Source of the DNA: an uncultured Acidobacteriaceae bacterium
Lineage (GTDB): Bacteria; Acidobacteriota; Terriglobia; Terriglobales; Acidobacteriaceae
DNA length: 64,000 nt
Direction of reading: 5' to 3'
NCBI GenBank assembly: GCA_963750415.1
Contig: CAVVQX010000005.1
Location: forward strand, 423,695 to 487,694
Part shown: positions 26,254 through 35,768 of the stretch, piece after piece
Layout of the letters: each line of letters opens with the position of its first letter
Position numbering within the stretch: the stretch's first letter is position 1
Notes under the pieces: model-generated
The model's database searches: none
What the model was told of the DNA's origin: nothing
Seen by the model: only the letters and a program-made list of their open reading frames with translations
Translations under genes and position numbers: made by a program

Positions 26254-28860
26254 CTACACTTTTTCCAGCTGAGCAAACTTCTCCACCAGCTTTTTCACGC
26301 CGAATTCTGCAAATTGTACCGTAATCTTCGCATCATCACCGTCTCCCTCGCGGCGGAAGACAACCCCCTCGCCATATTTCGGATGGCGGACGCGCTGACC
26401 GCTACGGAAACCAGTCACACCACCCGGAACAGGGATCTCGAGCTTCGGCCTGCTGCCACTGCTCTTGCGCGAGGAGAAGAACTGGGCAATGTTGTCCAGG
26501 GAGCCGGTCTTTGGCCGATTGGGAGTGGCCCCGGTTCGAGAAGTAGCGCGCGGGCGCTGGTCCTCGTCTTCATAACTGTAGTGCCGGGGCGATTCCCACT
26601 CGTCTCCACCGCGCGCCGAGCCATAACGTGCGGCATATGCGCCGCTCGACGGACGCTGGCCCCGGGTCAAGTCCTGGAGCAAATGCGCCGGGATTTCCTG
26701 CAGGAATCGCGAGGCCACGCTGGCTTCCGGCATATCGTTCCCGTATCTGCGGCGATAGCGGGCTCGCGTCATCACCAACGCGTCCATGGCTCGTGTCATG
26801 CCTACGTAGCAGAGCCGCCGCTCCTCTTCGAGTTCGTTGGGCTGATTGAGTGTCCGCGAGTGGGGGAACAGACCTTCTTCCATGCCGGCGAGCAGCACCA
26901 GGGGAAACTCCAGTCCCTTGGCGGAATGCAGGCTCATCAGGGTCACCCGGCTCTCGGGATTGTAACGGTCAGTGTCACTGACCAGTGCGGCGTGGTCGAG
27001 GAACTCAGACAATGTCTCGCCGCGTTGCTGCGCGTCCTGGGCAGCGTTGGCGAGTTCCTTCAGATTTTCAATACGGGAGAAGGATTCAGGCGTCCCTTCC
27101 TCCTCGAGCGATCGGATGTAGCCGGTGCGATCGATCAGAAAGCGAATCAATTCCGGAAGTGTCGCCGCGTCTCCGGGCTTGCGAAATCCCTCCTGGGGAA
27201 GTGGGTCGGTCGCCGGCAGGAAAGGTTTCTCCGCTTCATCGAAGCTCAGCAGCGGTGCTGTTTGCTCGTCTGGGTCCACATCGCTCGGTTCTGGTTCGAG
27301 ATCACCAAAGTCGAAACCAACATCCTCCCACTCGCCTGAATCGGATTCCGCGGTTTCCGGCGGGCACGACTCCTGGCCGGGAGCAACGTCCTGGGTGAGC
27401 TTCTCGGCAAACCCCGGCTCGAGCAGCGCGCGAGCATCCTCTATCAACCTGCGGAAGTTCGCCAGCGCAATACATGCGCGCGCGGGCAACAGTTGGTCTT
27501 TCACTGCGCGCCCGATTGCCGCCCAGGTACTCATGCCGGTTTCAACACTGAGCCGGTCCAGCACTTCCAGCGTGGTCTTGCCGATGCCTCGTGGCGGCGT
27601 ATTAATCACTCGCGCCAGGGCGATCGAATCATCCGGGTTCTGCACTAATTTGAGATAGCTCAGCAGGTCCTTGATCTCGGATCGGTCATAGAAGGAGAAG
27701 CCGCCCACCATGGTGTAGGCAATTCCATAGCGGCGCAGCGCTTCCTCTACCAGGCGGGATTGGGAGTTGGTGCGATAGAGCACCGCGGCACGGGGGGTTT
27801 CCTGTTCTTCGCCCGCCTTGCGCATGTACTTCTGAATGTAATCGGCAACAAAGAGCGCTTCGTTTTCGCCATCCGGCGCTTCGTAGTAGCCGATCATGGC
27901 TCCGCCCTCGCGCGAGGTCCAAAGATTCTTGCCCTTTCGCTGCAGGTTGCGGGCCACGACCGCGGAAGCTCCTTCGAGAATCACCTGCGTGGAGCGATAG
28001 TTTTGCTCCAGCCGGATGGTCTTTGCTTCCGGGAAGTCACGCTCGAACTCGAGGATGTTTCGGATATCGGCTCCGCGCCAGGAGTAGATGCTCTGGTCTT
28101 CATCTCCAACAACGCAGACATTGTGCTCGGTACCAGCCAGCAGCTTCATCAGCTCGTACTGCGGCCGATTGGTGTCTTGATACTCGTCGATCAGGAGGTA
28201 GCGATAGCGCCGGTTGTAACGTTCCCGCACTTCGCCGGAGGAGCGCAGCAGGCGCACCGCCTCGAGCAGCAGGTCGTCAAAGTCCAGCGCATTCGCCTTG
28301 CGCAGTTCCTTGCGATAAATCTCGTAGATATGCGCGATCCGCTCAGCCACGGGATCGGTGGATTGGAGATAGATCTCCTGCGGATCGAGCATGTGGTTCT
28401 TGGCCCAGGAGATACGCGAGAGGACCGTCCGCGGCGTTAACTGCTTGGTGTCAAGCCCCATGCGGCGCATCGCCTGCTTGACGATAGCCTGTTGATCGGC
28501 CTCGTCGTAAATCACAAAATTGCGAGTAAGCCCTTCATTGCCAATGCGTAGCGCTTCGATGTCACGGCGCAGAACGCGCACGCAAAAGGAGTGAAAGGTG
28601 GCCAACAGCGGTTTGGCCAGCGATCGATGCTCAAGCAGGCGATCCACCCGCTCGGCCATTTCTGCCGAGGCCTTGTTGGTGAACGTAACCGCGAGGATGG
28701 AATCAGGCGCAACGTTGCGCACCTCAATGAGATACGCAATGCGGTGGGTAATGACCCGGGTCTTGCCGGAGCCCGCCCCCGCCAGGATCAGCAGAGGGCC
28801 ATCCACCGATTCGACGGCAGCACGTTGCTGCGGATTTAATTTATCAAGCAGATGTTGCAA
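26254..28860 (-). CDS. pcrA: ATP-dependent DNA helicase PcrA/UvrD family
   Basis: LNPQQRAAVE, AGAGSGKT (Walker A), LLIDEYQDTN, VGDEDQSIYSWRGA, C-terminal GQRVRHPKYGEGVV Tudor-like tail. The ORF track runs to 29112, but that overlaps the divergent LOG gene. I propose TTG 28860 (MQHLLDKLNPQQ) as the start; this is uncertain. Confidence 0.9.
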   Translation of the reverse strand: MQHLLDKLNPQQRAAVESVDGPLLILAGAGSGKTRVITHRIAYLIEVRNVAPDSILAVTFTNKASAEMAERVDRLLEHRSLAKPLLATFHSFCVRVLRRDIEALRIGNEGLTRNFVIYDEADQQAIVKQAMRRMGLDTKQLTPRTVLSRISWAKNHMLDPQEIYLQSTDPVAERIAHIYEIYRKELRKANALDFDDLLLEAVRLLRSSGEVRERYNRRYRYLLIDEYQDTNRPQYELMKLLAGTEHNVCVVGDEDQSIYSWRGADIRNILEFERDFPEAKTIRLEQNYRSTQVILEGASAVVARNLQRKGKNLWTSREGGAMIGYYEAPDGENEALFVADYIQKYMRKAGEEQETPRAAVLYRTNSQSRLVEEALRRYGIAYTMVGGFSFYDRSEIKDLLSYLKLVQNPDDSIALARVINTPPRGIGKTTLEVLDRLSVETGMSTWAAIGRAVKDQLLPARACIALANFRRLIEDARALLEPGFAEKLTQDVAPGQESCPPETAESDSGEWEDVGFDFGDLEPEPSDVDPDEQTAPLLSFDEAEKPFLPATDPLPQEGFRKPGDAATLPELIRFLIDRTGYIRSLEEEGTPESFSRIENLKELANAAQDAQQRGETLSEFLDHAALVSDTDRYNPESRVTLMSLHSAKGLEFPLVLLAGMEEGLFPHSRTLNQPNELEEERRLCYVGMTRAMDALVMTRARYRRRYGNDMPEASVASRFLQEIPAHLLQDLTRGQRPSSGAYAARYGSARGGDEWESPRHYSYEDEDQRPRATSRTGATPNRPKTGSLDNIAQFFSSRKSSGSRPKLEIPVPGGVTGFRSGQRVRHPKYGEGVVFRREGDGDDAKITVQFAEFGVKKLVEKFAQLEKV

Positions 28861-28943
28861 TGGCTGGTCTCTGGAGGATGGTGAGGCGATGAATTCTCTG
28901 CTACCAGTGTATCGTCCGGCGCAAGTTGTGTTGCAATTCGGAT

Positions 28944-29555
28944 ATGCACAGTGTGGATGAGCAGTTCCGGCGGAGAGTTTGCGTTTTTTGTGGATCGAGC
29001 CTTGGGGTAAAGCCGGCATATCGTAACGAGGCGGTAACGTTGGGCCGCTTGTTGGGGGAAGCAGCATTGGGTCTGGTGTACGGCGGGGCGCAAGTGGGCT
29101 TGATGGGCGCATTGGCCGACGCCGCCCTGGCGAATGGGAGCGAGGTCATTGGGGTTATTCCCCGCACGCTTGCCGGCATCGAAGTAGCACACCAGCGTCT
29201 GAGCCAACTGGTTCTGGTGGAGACTATGCATGAACGCAAAGCGTTGATGGCGCAGGAAGCGGATGGTTTTGTTGCCTTGCCCGGGGGTTTCGGTACGCTG
29301 GATGAATTTTTCGAGATTCTCACCTGGGCGCAACTCAATATCCATGCGAAACCATGTGTGCTGGTGAATACCGGCGGATACTTCGATCATCTCCTTAGCT
29401 TTCTCCAGGTAGCCATCGATCAGGGCTTCCTCAAGCGGGAAAACTTTGCCCTGATCCACGTCGTGGCGGACGCCGCCGAGGCACTCAAACGTATGCAGAA
29501 GCTGTGGCAATCGTTGCCCATGAGCCATGTCGCCCCGGCCGAGCCCGCTCCCTAA
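28944..29555 (+). CDS. LOG family protein (cytokinin riboside 5'-monophosphate phosphoribohydrolase-like, TIGR00730 type)
   Basis: VCVFCGSS...LVYGGAQVGLMGALA...MHERKALMAQEADGFVALPGGFGTLDEFFE motifs. Confidence 0.9.
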   Translation: MHSVDEQFRRRVCVFCGSSLGVKPAYRNEAVTLGRLLGEAALGLVYGGAQVGLMGALADAALANGSEVIGVIPRTLAGIEVAHQRLSQLVLVETMHERKALMAQEADGFVALPGGFGTLDEFFEILTWAQLNIHAKPCVLVNTGGYFDHLLSFLQVAIDQGFLKRENFALIHVVADAAEALKRMQKLWQSLPMSHVAPAEPAP

Positions 29556-29598
29556 ATGGTTGTCTACGGTATCGGCATGCGGTATAACCGGCTCACCG

Positions 29599-31263
29599 AT
29601 GAGATGGACAAGCTGCTTCGCTCTCCTGCTCGCCGCGGCGTGCCTGGCGCACGGCGAGGCGCCCAGATCGTCCGCAAAGCCGGGGCTCAAGTTTCAGATC
29701 TCCTTTCCTCCCGCGGCCCACGCGGAGCCCGTCACCGGACGCGTATTCGTCATTCTGTCTCGCGACATTAGTCACTGCGGGCCCGCCGACGCGGTAGCCG
29801 CAACCACGGAACCCTGTGAGCCGCGCCTGCAGGTCAGCCGCATTGGTGTTCCTTTCTTCGGCCGCGATGTCGAAACTCTTAGGGCCGGCGACTCCGCTAC
29901 GATCGACAATTCCGATCTTGGCTCACCACTCGCCCACCTGGCAGATGTTCCCGCCGGCGACTACTACGTCCAGGGCATGATCAACGTTTACTCCGAGTTC
30001 CATAGGGCCGACGGACATACGGTATGGATGCATGACGATCAATGGGAAGGCCAGCGGTGGCAGCGGTCGCCGGGCAACCTCCACAGCAAACCGGTCAAGA
30101 TGCACATTGACCCATCTGCCGGCACCATTCGCTTGCTTGCGGATCAGGTGATCCCGCCGGTTGCGGTGCCCGCGGACACTCCGTACGTCAAACACATCAA
30201 GTTCAAGAGTGAGCTGCTTTCGAAGTTCTGGGGCCGTCCCATCTACCTTGGCGCGGTCGTACTTCTGCCCCGCGATTACGACCGCACGACCATCCGCTAT
30301 CCGATTAACTACGAACAGGGACATTTTTCCCTGGAGGCGCCCTATCGGTTCGACGGCAAGAATGACTTCTCAAAAGCGTGGCTGAGCGATCACTACCCGC
30401 GCATGATTGCTGTCACCCTGCAGCATCCCAATCCTTACTACGACGACTCCTATTGGGTGAATTCGCCGAACGTTGGACCCTACGACGACGCGTTGATGCA
30501 GGAGCTGATACCCGCCATTGAAAAGCAGTTCCGGGTGATTGGCGAGCCCTATGCCCGCGTCATTTCAGGCGGCTCGACCGGGGGGTGGATCTCCGCCTAC
30601 CTGCAGATCTTTCATCCCACCTTCTTTGGCGGCGCCTGGTGCTCCTGCCCGGATGCCGTGACTTTCTCCGACGTGGAAGGGGTGAACTTCTACAAGGACG
30701 ACAATGCTTTTTTCAAAATGTATGACTGGCGTCCAGTCCCTACGATCAACAGCCGCTTCCCCAGCGGGCAGGCGATCCAAACCTCGGAGCAGCGCAATCG
30801 TTATGAGCTGGTCAGCGGTACGCACGGCCGTTCCGGCGAACAGATTGACGTATGGTCTGCAGTGTGGGGTCCGGTTGGCGACGACGGGTTTTTCAAACCC
30901 GCGTTTGACAAGTCCACGGGCAAGATTGACAAGAATGTCGTCGCTTATTGGCGCGACCACTCGGATCTGCTCGAGTACTTGAAGCGCAACTGGTCCACGG
31001 TTGGCCCGGAGCTTAAGGACAATCTCTATTTCTTTGCCGGCGACGCCGACACTTATTTTCTCAACAACTCCACCATGGAGCTGGAAGCCTGGCTGAAGAC
31101 CGCGATCTCGCCACGCTCGGAAGCTCAATTTATGTACGGCAACCTCAAGCCGCACTGTTGGCAGGGTCCGGTCACGCCTGCGCAACGCGTCATCGAGATT
31201 GCCCAGCACATTCAGCGTCACAAACCCGCAGGCGCGGACACTCCGTGGTGGGACTACCGCTAG
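29599..31263 (+). CDS. Secreted alpha/beta-hydrolase, putative esterase family
   Basis: Signal peptide MRWTSCFALLLAAACLAHG. GGSTGGW (GxSxG) nucleophile elbow. The ORF track start 29527 overlaps the LOG gene. Confidence 0.75.
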   Translation: MRWTSCFALLLAAACLAHGEAPRSSAKPGLKFQISFPPAAHAEPVTGRVFVILSRDISHCGPADAVAATTEPCEPRLQVSRIGVPFFGRDVETLRAGDSATIDNSDLGSPLAHLADVPAGDYYVQGMINVYSEFHRADGHTVWMHDDQWEGQRWQRSPGNLHSKPVKMHIDPSAGTIRLLADQVIPPVAVPADTPYVKHIKFKSELLSKFWGRPIYLGAVVLLPRDYDRTTIRYPINYEQGHFSLEAPYRFDGKNDFSKAWLSDHYPRMIAVTLQHPNPYYDDSYWVNSPNVGPYDDALMQELIPAIEKQFRVIGEPYARVISGGSTGGWISAYLQIFHPTFFGGAWCSCPDAVTFSDVEGVNFYKDDNAFFKMYDWRPVPTINSRFPSGQAIQTSEQRNRYELVSGTHGRSGEQIDVWSAVWGPVGDDGFFKPAFDKSTGKIDKNVVAYWRDHSDLLEYLKRNWSTVGPELKDNLYFFAGDADTYFLNNSTMELEAWLKTAISPRSEAQFMYGNLKPHCWQGPVTPAQRVIEIAQHIQRHKPAGADTPWWDYR

Positions 31264-31274
31264 CAATGTGGCCG

Positions 31275-32489
31275 CTATTCCGCCATCTGAGGGGATAAAA
31301 CCGGCGCGTGGCCAGAAACCGGCTCCTGTTCGCGGGACTGGAGGGGTCTGAATTGCTTGCTGAGTGCAAGGCCTTGCTGCTGATAAGAGGAGCCGATTGA
31401 ACGTCCGTAGACCTTATCTGGCAACTGTGCCATCTGATGGTAGATCAACTTTCCCACCAACTGACCATGTTCGAGAAGAATAGGGATTTCATGTGCTCTT
31501 ACTTCCAGAACTGCCTTGGTGCCAGGAATCTCCCCTTGCGCGCCGTATCCAAAGCCGGGATCAAAGAATCCTGCGTAGTGGATGCGAAACTCGCCAATCG
31601 AAGGGTCAAATGGAACCATCTCCGCTGCATGAGTCGGCGGTACACGTATCCTTTCATGGGATGCCAAGATGTAGAAATCTCCGGGTTGTAAAGTCAGGTC
31701 TGTGGATTTCGACCGCGGGATGACCTCCCAAAATTCGCCTATCTCGTATGCGTTGACCTTGTCCAAATCGATCGGGTGCCTTGTCTTCTTAGCCCTGTAA
31801 GCGATAATGTTTGAGCCGTTCCCTGCAAGATCTACTGAAACGCTGAGCCCTCTCTCTATTTTCGGGTCAATTGGACTGTTGTCGTCGCTAAAAGTCAGCT
31901 GTTCTTTTTCCGCGAGCCTTACCAGCTTGCCATCGGTAGCTTGTGGCTTTCCGCGTACAAGTCTCAGTTGATTCAACTTCATCCCGGTTCTGACCCGGAT
32001 CGGAAAAGTGCGGGACACGATTTCAAGATAGAGTGCCCCTTGGTAGCCTTTGGGGACCCGTTCGAATTCAATACCTGGTTCCGTGATCAGTCTGGTGAAA
32101 ATGTCCAAACGTCCAGTTGTGCTTTTTGGATTTGCAATTCCGGACACGTCAATAGGCAACCTCAGACTTTCAATGAGAGGAACCAGAAAGACGGAGCGTG
32201 GCTCCAAAACTGCGGAGTCTTCTAGCCCGATTTCCCTGATCAGCAGGTCCCTTATCTTGCCTTCGATGGGTGAGTGCCCAGGCAAAAAGCTGGCCCCGAT
32301 CTGGAACGCTTTCTTCCCCAATCGCAGGTCAATACTTGCTGGCTGGATTTGGTTGCTGTCGAGGTCAGGGGCGGTAATCGATCCGCCATCTATCAAGCCC
32401 TGAATTGCCTGGCACGGCAAGACCCCCGTCGTAAGTGTCTCGGGCTTAGGTCGCGGGAAAGAATCGTCCACAAGCGAGGATTCCTTCAT
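31275..32489 (-). CDS. Tandem-domain dUTPase-fold dCTP deaminase homologue (DCD family)
   Basis: IQPASIDLRLG, PKSTTGRLD...YLEIV in the N half. AGFFDPGFG...AVLEVRAHE in the C half. ATG 32489 lies one nt after the stop of the upstream zinc-ribbon ORF; an alternative TTG start is at 32516. Low-GC gene. Confidence 0.8.
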   Translation of the reverse strand: MKESSLVDDSFPRPKPETLTTGVLPCQAIQGLIDGGSITAPDLDSNQIQPASIDLRLGKKAFQIGASFLPGHSPIEGKIRDLLIREIGLEDSAVLEPRSVFLVPLIESLRLPIDVSGIANPKSTTGRLDIFTRLITEPGIEFERVPKGYQGALYLEIVSRTFPIRVRTGMKLNQLRLVRGKPQATDGKLVRLAEKEQLTFSDDNSPIDPKIERGLSVSVDLAGNGSNIIAYRAKKTRHPIDLDKVNAYEIGEFWEVIPRSKSTDLTLQPGDFYILASHERIRVPPTHAAEMVPFDPSIGEFRIHYAGFFDPGFGYGAQGEIPGTKAVLEVRAHEIPILLEHGQLVGKLIYHQMAQLPDKVYGRSIGSSYQQQGLALSKQFRPLQSREQEPVSGHAPVLSPQMAE

Positions 32490-32490
32490 G

Positions 32491-32769
32491 CTATGAATTT
32501 CTATGTCCGTCGGCAATTTCGCTCACTCTCTTGGCTCTCTCTAGCAACTCTTGTTTGTTGTATTCTGCGACGCAGTCCAGGTTGCAGAAGCGGCCCGCTC
32601 CGTACGCTACACCCGTGCCTTCTGCTATTAGCTTTTCGCAGTTGGGGCAGATGCCCCTCTCGCGCAACTCACGGATATGTTCTCGTTCCGAACCGTCCAT
32701 ACTCACTTTAGACTTCGTACCATCTGTCTCGGCAATGCCTCGCGATACGAAAGGGTGTCGATTCGGCAC
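32491..32769 (-). CDS. Small zinc-ribbon protein (C-x2-C ... C-x3-C, TRASH/FCS-like)
   Basis: ICPNCEKLIAEGTGVAYGAGRFCNLDCVAEY. GTG 32769 or ATG 32700 (69 aa). Translationally coupled to the DCD-like gene and has the same low GC. Confidence 0.55.
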   Translation of the reverse strand: MPNRHPFVSRGIAETDGTKSKVSMDGSEREHIRELRERGICPNCEKLIAEGTGVAYGAGRFCNLDCVAEYNKQELLERAKRVSEIADGHRNS

Positions 32770-32873
32770 GGATCAGCCCGCTAACGTCATGACACTACGG
32801 TCACCTCATATGTACCACGGGAGACGGCTGTGAAATTTGTGGTCACTTGTGTGCGTTTCTTATCCGCCCGGCC

Positions 32874-33320
32874 TTAGCGCGTGCACGCTGTGCGGCACTC
32901 GTCGCATTGGCAATGGCGGCGAAGGTAATCCCAGGAATAGATGCCGCTCTGATGCCCGTCATTCCAGCGAAAACTGATCGCGTAGCGGCCGACCGGGGAG
33001 GCCGACTCTGGCCGCGCCGGTGCTTTGTACATTTGCAGCAGCTGGACGGGCTGCGGCTTGGGCTCACCCGGCTTACGGCCCGTGGCGCCGCGTTCCTCGT
33101 GGCAGGTGGCGCAGGGACAGGCATCGCGCAGCCAGCTAAAGGTCCAACGGCTCTGGTGGCCGTCCTTCCAGTCGATTTCCATGCCCGTACCGGTGGTTTT
33201 TTGCACCCGGACCCGTGCAGGCTCCGTCGCCTCGTGAGGCAGATCACGAGGCGACGTCTCCCGCGCCAGCTTCTGCGCCTCTTGCTCGCTGATAAATCGA
33301 ATGCCTTCGTGGCTCATCAC
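32874..33320 (-). CDS. DUF971 (gamma-butyrobetaine hydroxylase N-terminal-like) domain protein
   Basis: MEIDWKDGHQSRWTFSWLRDACPCATC ... AISFRWNDGHQSGIYSWDYLRRHCQCDEC, a duplicated DUF971 pattern. Confidence 0.8.
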   Translation of the reverse strand: MMSHEGIRFISEQEAQKLARETSPRDLPHEATEPARVRVQKTTGTGMEIDWKDGHQSRWTFSWLRDACPCATCHEERGATGRKPGEPKPQPVQLLQMYKAPARPESASPVGRYAISFRWNDGHQSGIYSWDYLRRHCQCDECRTACTR

Positions 33321-33329
33321 AAACCCTCT

Positions 33330-34109
33330 TTAAGCATACTGTCTCCAGAAAAAGTACGCTGCCATTCCCAGCCCGATCCCGACCACCAACATACGCATGA
33401 ACCGTGGGTTCAACCGGCGGGCATAATGGGCTCCCAGATACCCCCCGAGCGCCGCGGCTATCATCATGAGCAAGCAGTACTTCCACAGGATTTGCTTGCC
33501 CACGATAAAAGTAACCACGGCGATGCCGTTGGCGGTGGTGGTGGCGATCACTTTAAGCGCGTTGACCTGGTTAATGTTCTGGATCCCAAAGATCGCAAGC
33601 ACTGACATCAACAAAAAGCCCGCGCCGGCGCCAAAATATCCAATGTAAAAACACACCGCCACCACGCCGATCCACAAGGGGACGAGGCTGGGCTTATCAC
33701 CGGAGACGCTGACGCGATTACGCCGCAGCCAGGCAGAAACCGGACCACTGGCTGCAAACAGCCCCGCGGCAAGCAGTAACAGCCACGGCACCAGCGCCAT
33801 GAACGTGGCCTCCCCGGTATGCAGCAGAACAATGGCCCCCAGTACGCCCCCCAGCAGGGCCGCGGAGCAGACCGGTACCACCAGTCCCAGGTTGGCCTTC
33901 AGGTCTTGCCAGTAAGCGGCGATCGAGGTGAACTGACCTGGCCAGAGCGCAACCGTATTGGTTGCATTTGCCTGGATGGGCAAAACCCCCACGCCCAAAA
34001 GCGCCGGAAACGACAAAAAAGAACCGCCGCCCGCCATCGCGTTGAGGGCGCCGGCAAGAAAAGAAGCGATGACCAGCCATGCGTGTTGCCAGTGAGGACC
34101 AAATACCAT
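33330..34109 (-). CDS. TauE/SafE (DUF81) family sulfite-exporter-like membrane protein
   Basis: 259 aa with about 8 hydrophobic segments and GAGGGFL / GGGSFLSFP motifs. Confidence 0.85.
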   Translation of the reverse strand: MVFGPHWQHAWLVIASFLAGALNAMAGGGSFLSFPALLGVGVLPIQANATNTVALWPGQFTSIAAYWQDLKANLGLVVPVCSAALLGGVLGAIVLLHTGEATFMALVPWLLLLAAGLFAASGPVSAWLRRNRVSVSGDKPSLVPLWIGVVAVCFYIGYFGAGAGFLLMSVLAIFGIQNINQVNALKVIATTTANGIAVVTFIVGKQILWKYCLLMMIAAALGGYLGAHYARRLNPRFMRMLVVGIGLGMAAYFFWRQYA

Positions 34110-34122
34110 TCGCCTTATTCTC

Positions 34123-35403
34123 TCAGCCGACCTGCAGAATCAGGCACTTCAGATACTCAGTCTCGGCGATATTGAGGACCACAGGGTGGTCTGGAGCCGC
34201 CCCACGGCGTTCCAGCAGGCGAACCCGGCGTTGGGCATCGCCCGCCGCGGCCGCCACCACACCATGAAATTCGTCCCAGGAAACATGGTGCGAGCAGGAG
34301 CAGGTCACCAACGTCCCCCCCGGGCGCAACATCTTGAGTGCGCGCAGATTGAGCTCTTTGTAACCGCGGAGGGCGCCCACCACCGCGCGTTTGGACTTGG
34401 CAAAAGCGGGGGGATCGAGCACCACCGTGTCAAAGGTGTTGCCTGCGGTGCTCCAATCGCGGAGAAGATCAAAAGCGTTGGCCTCGATCCATTCGACCGA
34501 GGCCTGGATGCGGTGCCGGTTGACCTCAAGATTCTCTTCCGCTACCTCCAGAGCCGTTCGGGACGCGTCAACCCCAGTGACGTGGGTACACGACCGAGCG
34601 AGGTGCAGCGCAAAACCACCCTGATAGGTGCAGACGTCAAGAGCCTCGCCACGGGCATAGCGAGATGCCGCGGCATAGTTCAGGCGTTGGTCAAGAAAGG
34701 CCCCGGTCTTTTGCCCGGCATTGGCGTCATAGTGAAAAGCCAGCCCATTCAGGTGAAAGATGGTCGTCAGCTGCGCAATGGGCTCGGCGGAATAGAGCGG
34801 TTCCTCCGGCGGTTCGCTCAGTTGCTCCAGGTCGCGGATGCGGGAATCGGACCGCTCGACGATCGTGACAGGAGTAAGTTCGGACTGCAGAACCTGAACA
34901 ATGACGGCACGAATGTCGTCATGATCGAGGGCCTTGGCGTGGATTTCAAAGAGGATCAGGTCTCCATACCGGTCGACGATCAGGCCGGGAAGCTGATCGG
35001 CTTCTCCGAAGACCAGTCGGCAAGCGTCGGTGCCCTCCTCCAACATGCTGGTGCGAAGACGAATGGCATCACGCAGGCGCTGGTCAAGCAAGGCCATCCA
35101 GGCCGGATGCGTGAGGTGGGGATCGGAGGTTAGCAGGCGAAGTGCGATCTGCGAGGTTGGGCTCCACAGTGCGGTGCCCAGCGGGAAACCCCGATGATCC
35201 GCCACCGCCATCAGCCCTGCATCCATTTCCACGAGATGCTCGATATCGGAACGGTAAACCCAGACATGGCCGGCGCGGAGCCGATCCGCGGCCCGGCGGG
35301 AAATAATAGCGACTGGCCCCTCACTGCTGAAGGCGCGCGCAGCTTTGCTGGGGGGTGCGGATATAGGTTCACGGGGCACAAAATCATCTTCGCACAGCTC
35401 CAA
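34123..35403 (-). CDS. rlmI: Class I SAM-dependent rRNA (cytosine-C5) methyltransferase, RlmI-like (PUA + MTase)
   Basis: GHVWVYRSDI (PUA-like N-terminus) and VVLDPPAFAKSKRAVVGALRGYKELNLRALKMLRPGGTLVTCSCS, which matches the E. coli RlmI core as I recall it. Confidence 0.85.
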   Translation of the reverse strand: MELCEDDFVPREPISAPPSKAARAFSSEGPVAIISRRAADRLRAGHVWVYRSDIEHLVEMDAGLMAVADHRGFPLGTALWSPTSQIALRLLTSDPHLTHPAWMALLDQRLRDAIRLRTSMLEEGTDACRLVFGEADQLPGLIVDRYGDLILFEIHAKALDHDDIRAVIVQVLQSELTPVTIVERSDSRIRDLEQLSEPPEEPLYSAEPIAQLTTIFHLNGLAFHYDANAGQKTGAFLDQRLNYAAASRYARGEALDVCTYQGGFALHLARSCTHVTGVDASRTALEVAEENLEVNRHRIQASVEWIEANAFDLLRDWSTAGNTFDTVVLDPPAFAKSKRAVVGALRGYKELNLRALKMLRPGGTLVTCSCSHHVSWDEFHGVVAAAAGDAQRRVRLLERRGAAPDHPVVLNIAETEYLKCLILQVG

Positions 35404-35768
35404 CTGGAGGACGTTTTAGCCGTGGCGTCATGATCTGACTCCTGAGGGCTATTGAATGCTGCAAAGATAGTGTCCTCCTCGAAGGTGAGCTGCCGAACCC
35501 TACCGAAGCCGGACTGAGAGGAAATAGGCGCCGCAGGGGCTAAAGGGTCTGCGTGAGAACTAAGTTTTCCCGCAGGGACGCCTGAGCTTAGCCCAGGACG
35601 CCAGTCCCATAAGCGTTAACCTATGTGGGGTTAACACTTGTGGGACGTGAGTCCTAGGTCGACTCAACAAGAGGCCTGAAGCCGCGCCTTTGTGCAGAGG
35701 GTTTCCGCAGGCTATCTCCAACCGGAGAACCCGGTAGCGAGCGCAATGCAAGCGGCCTATAATCAGGT

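Noticed and set aside
28861-29112. N-terminal 84-codon extension of the helicase ORF given in the track (MRPSSPLAPRRTPDP...)
   Set aside because: It overlaps the divergent LOG gene (start 28944) on the opposite strand. It is Pro/Arg/Ser-rich with no helicase similarity. Conserved PcrA N-terminal sequence (LLDKLNPQQRAAVE) begins right after TTG 28860.
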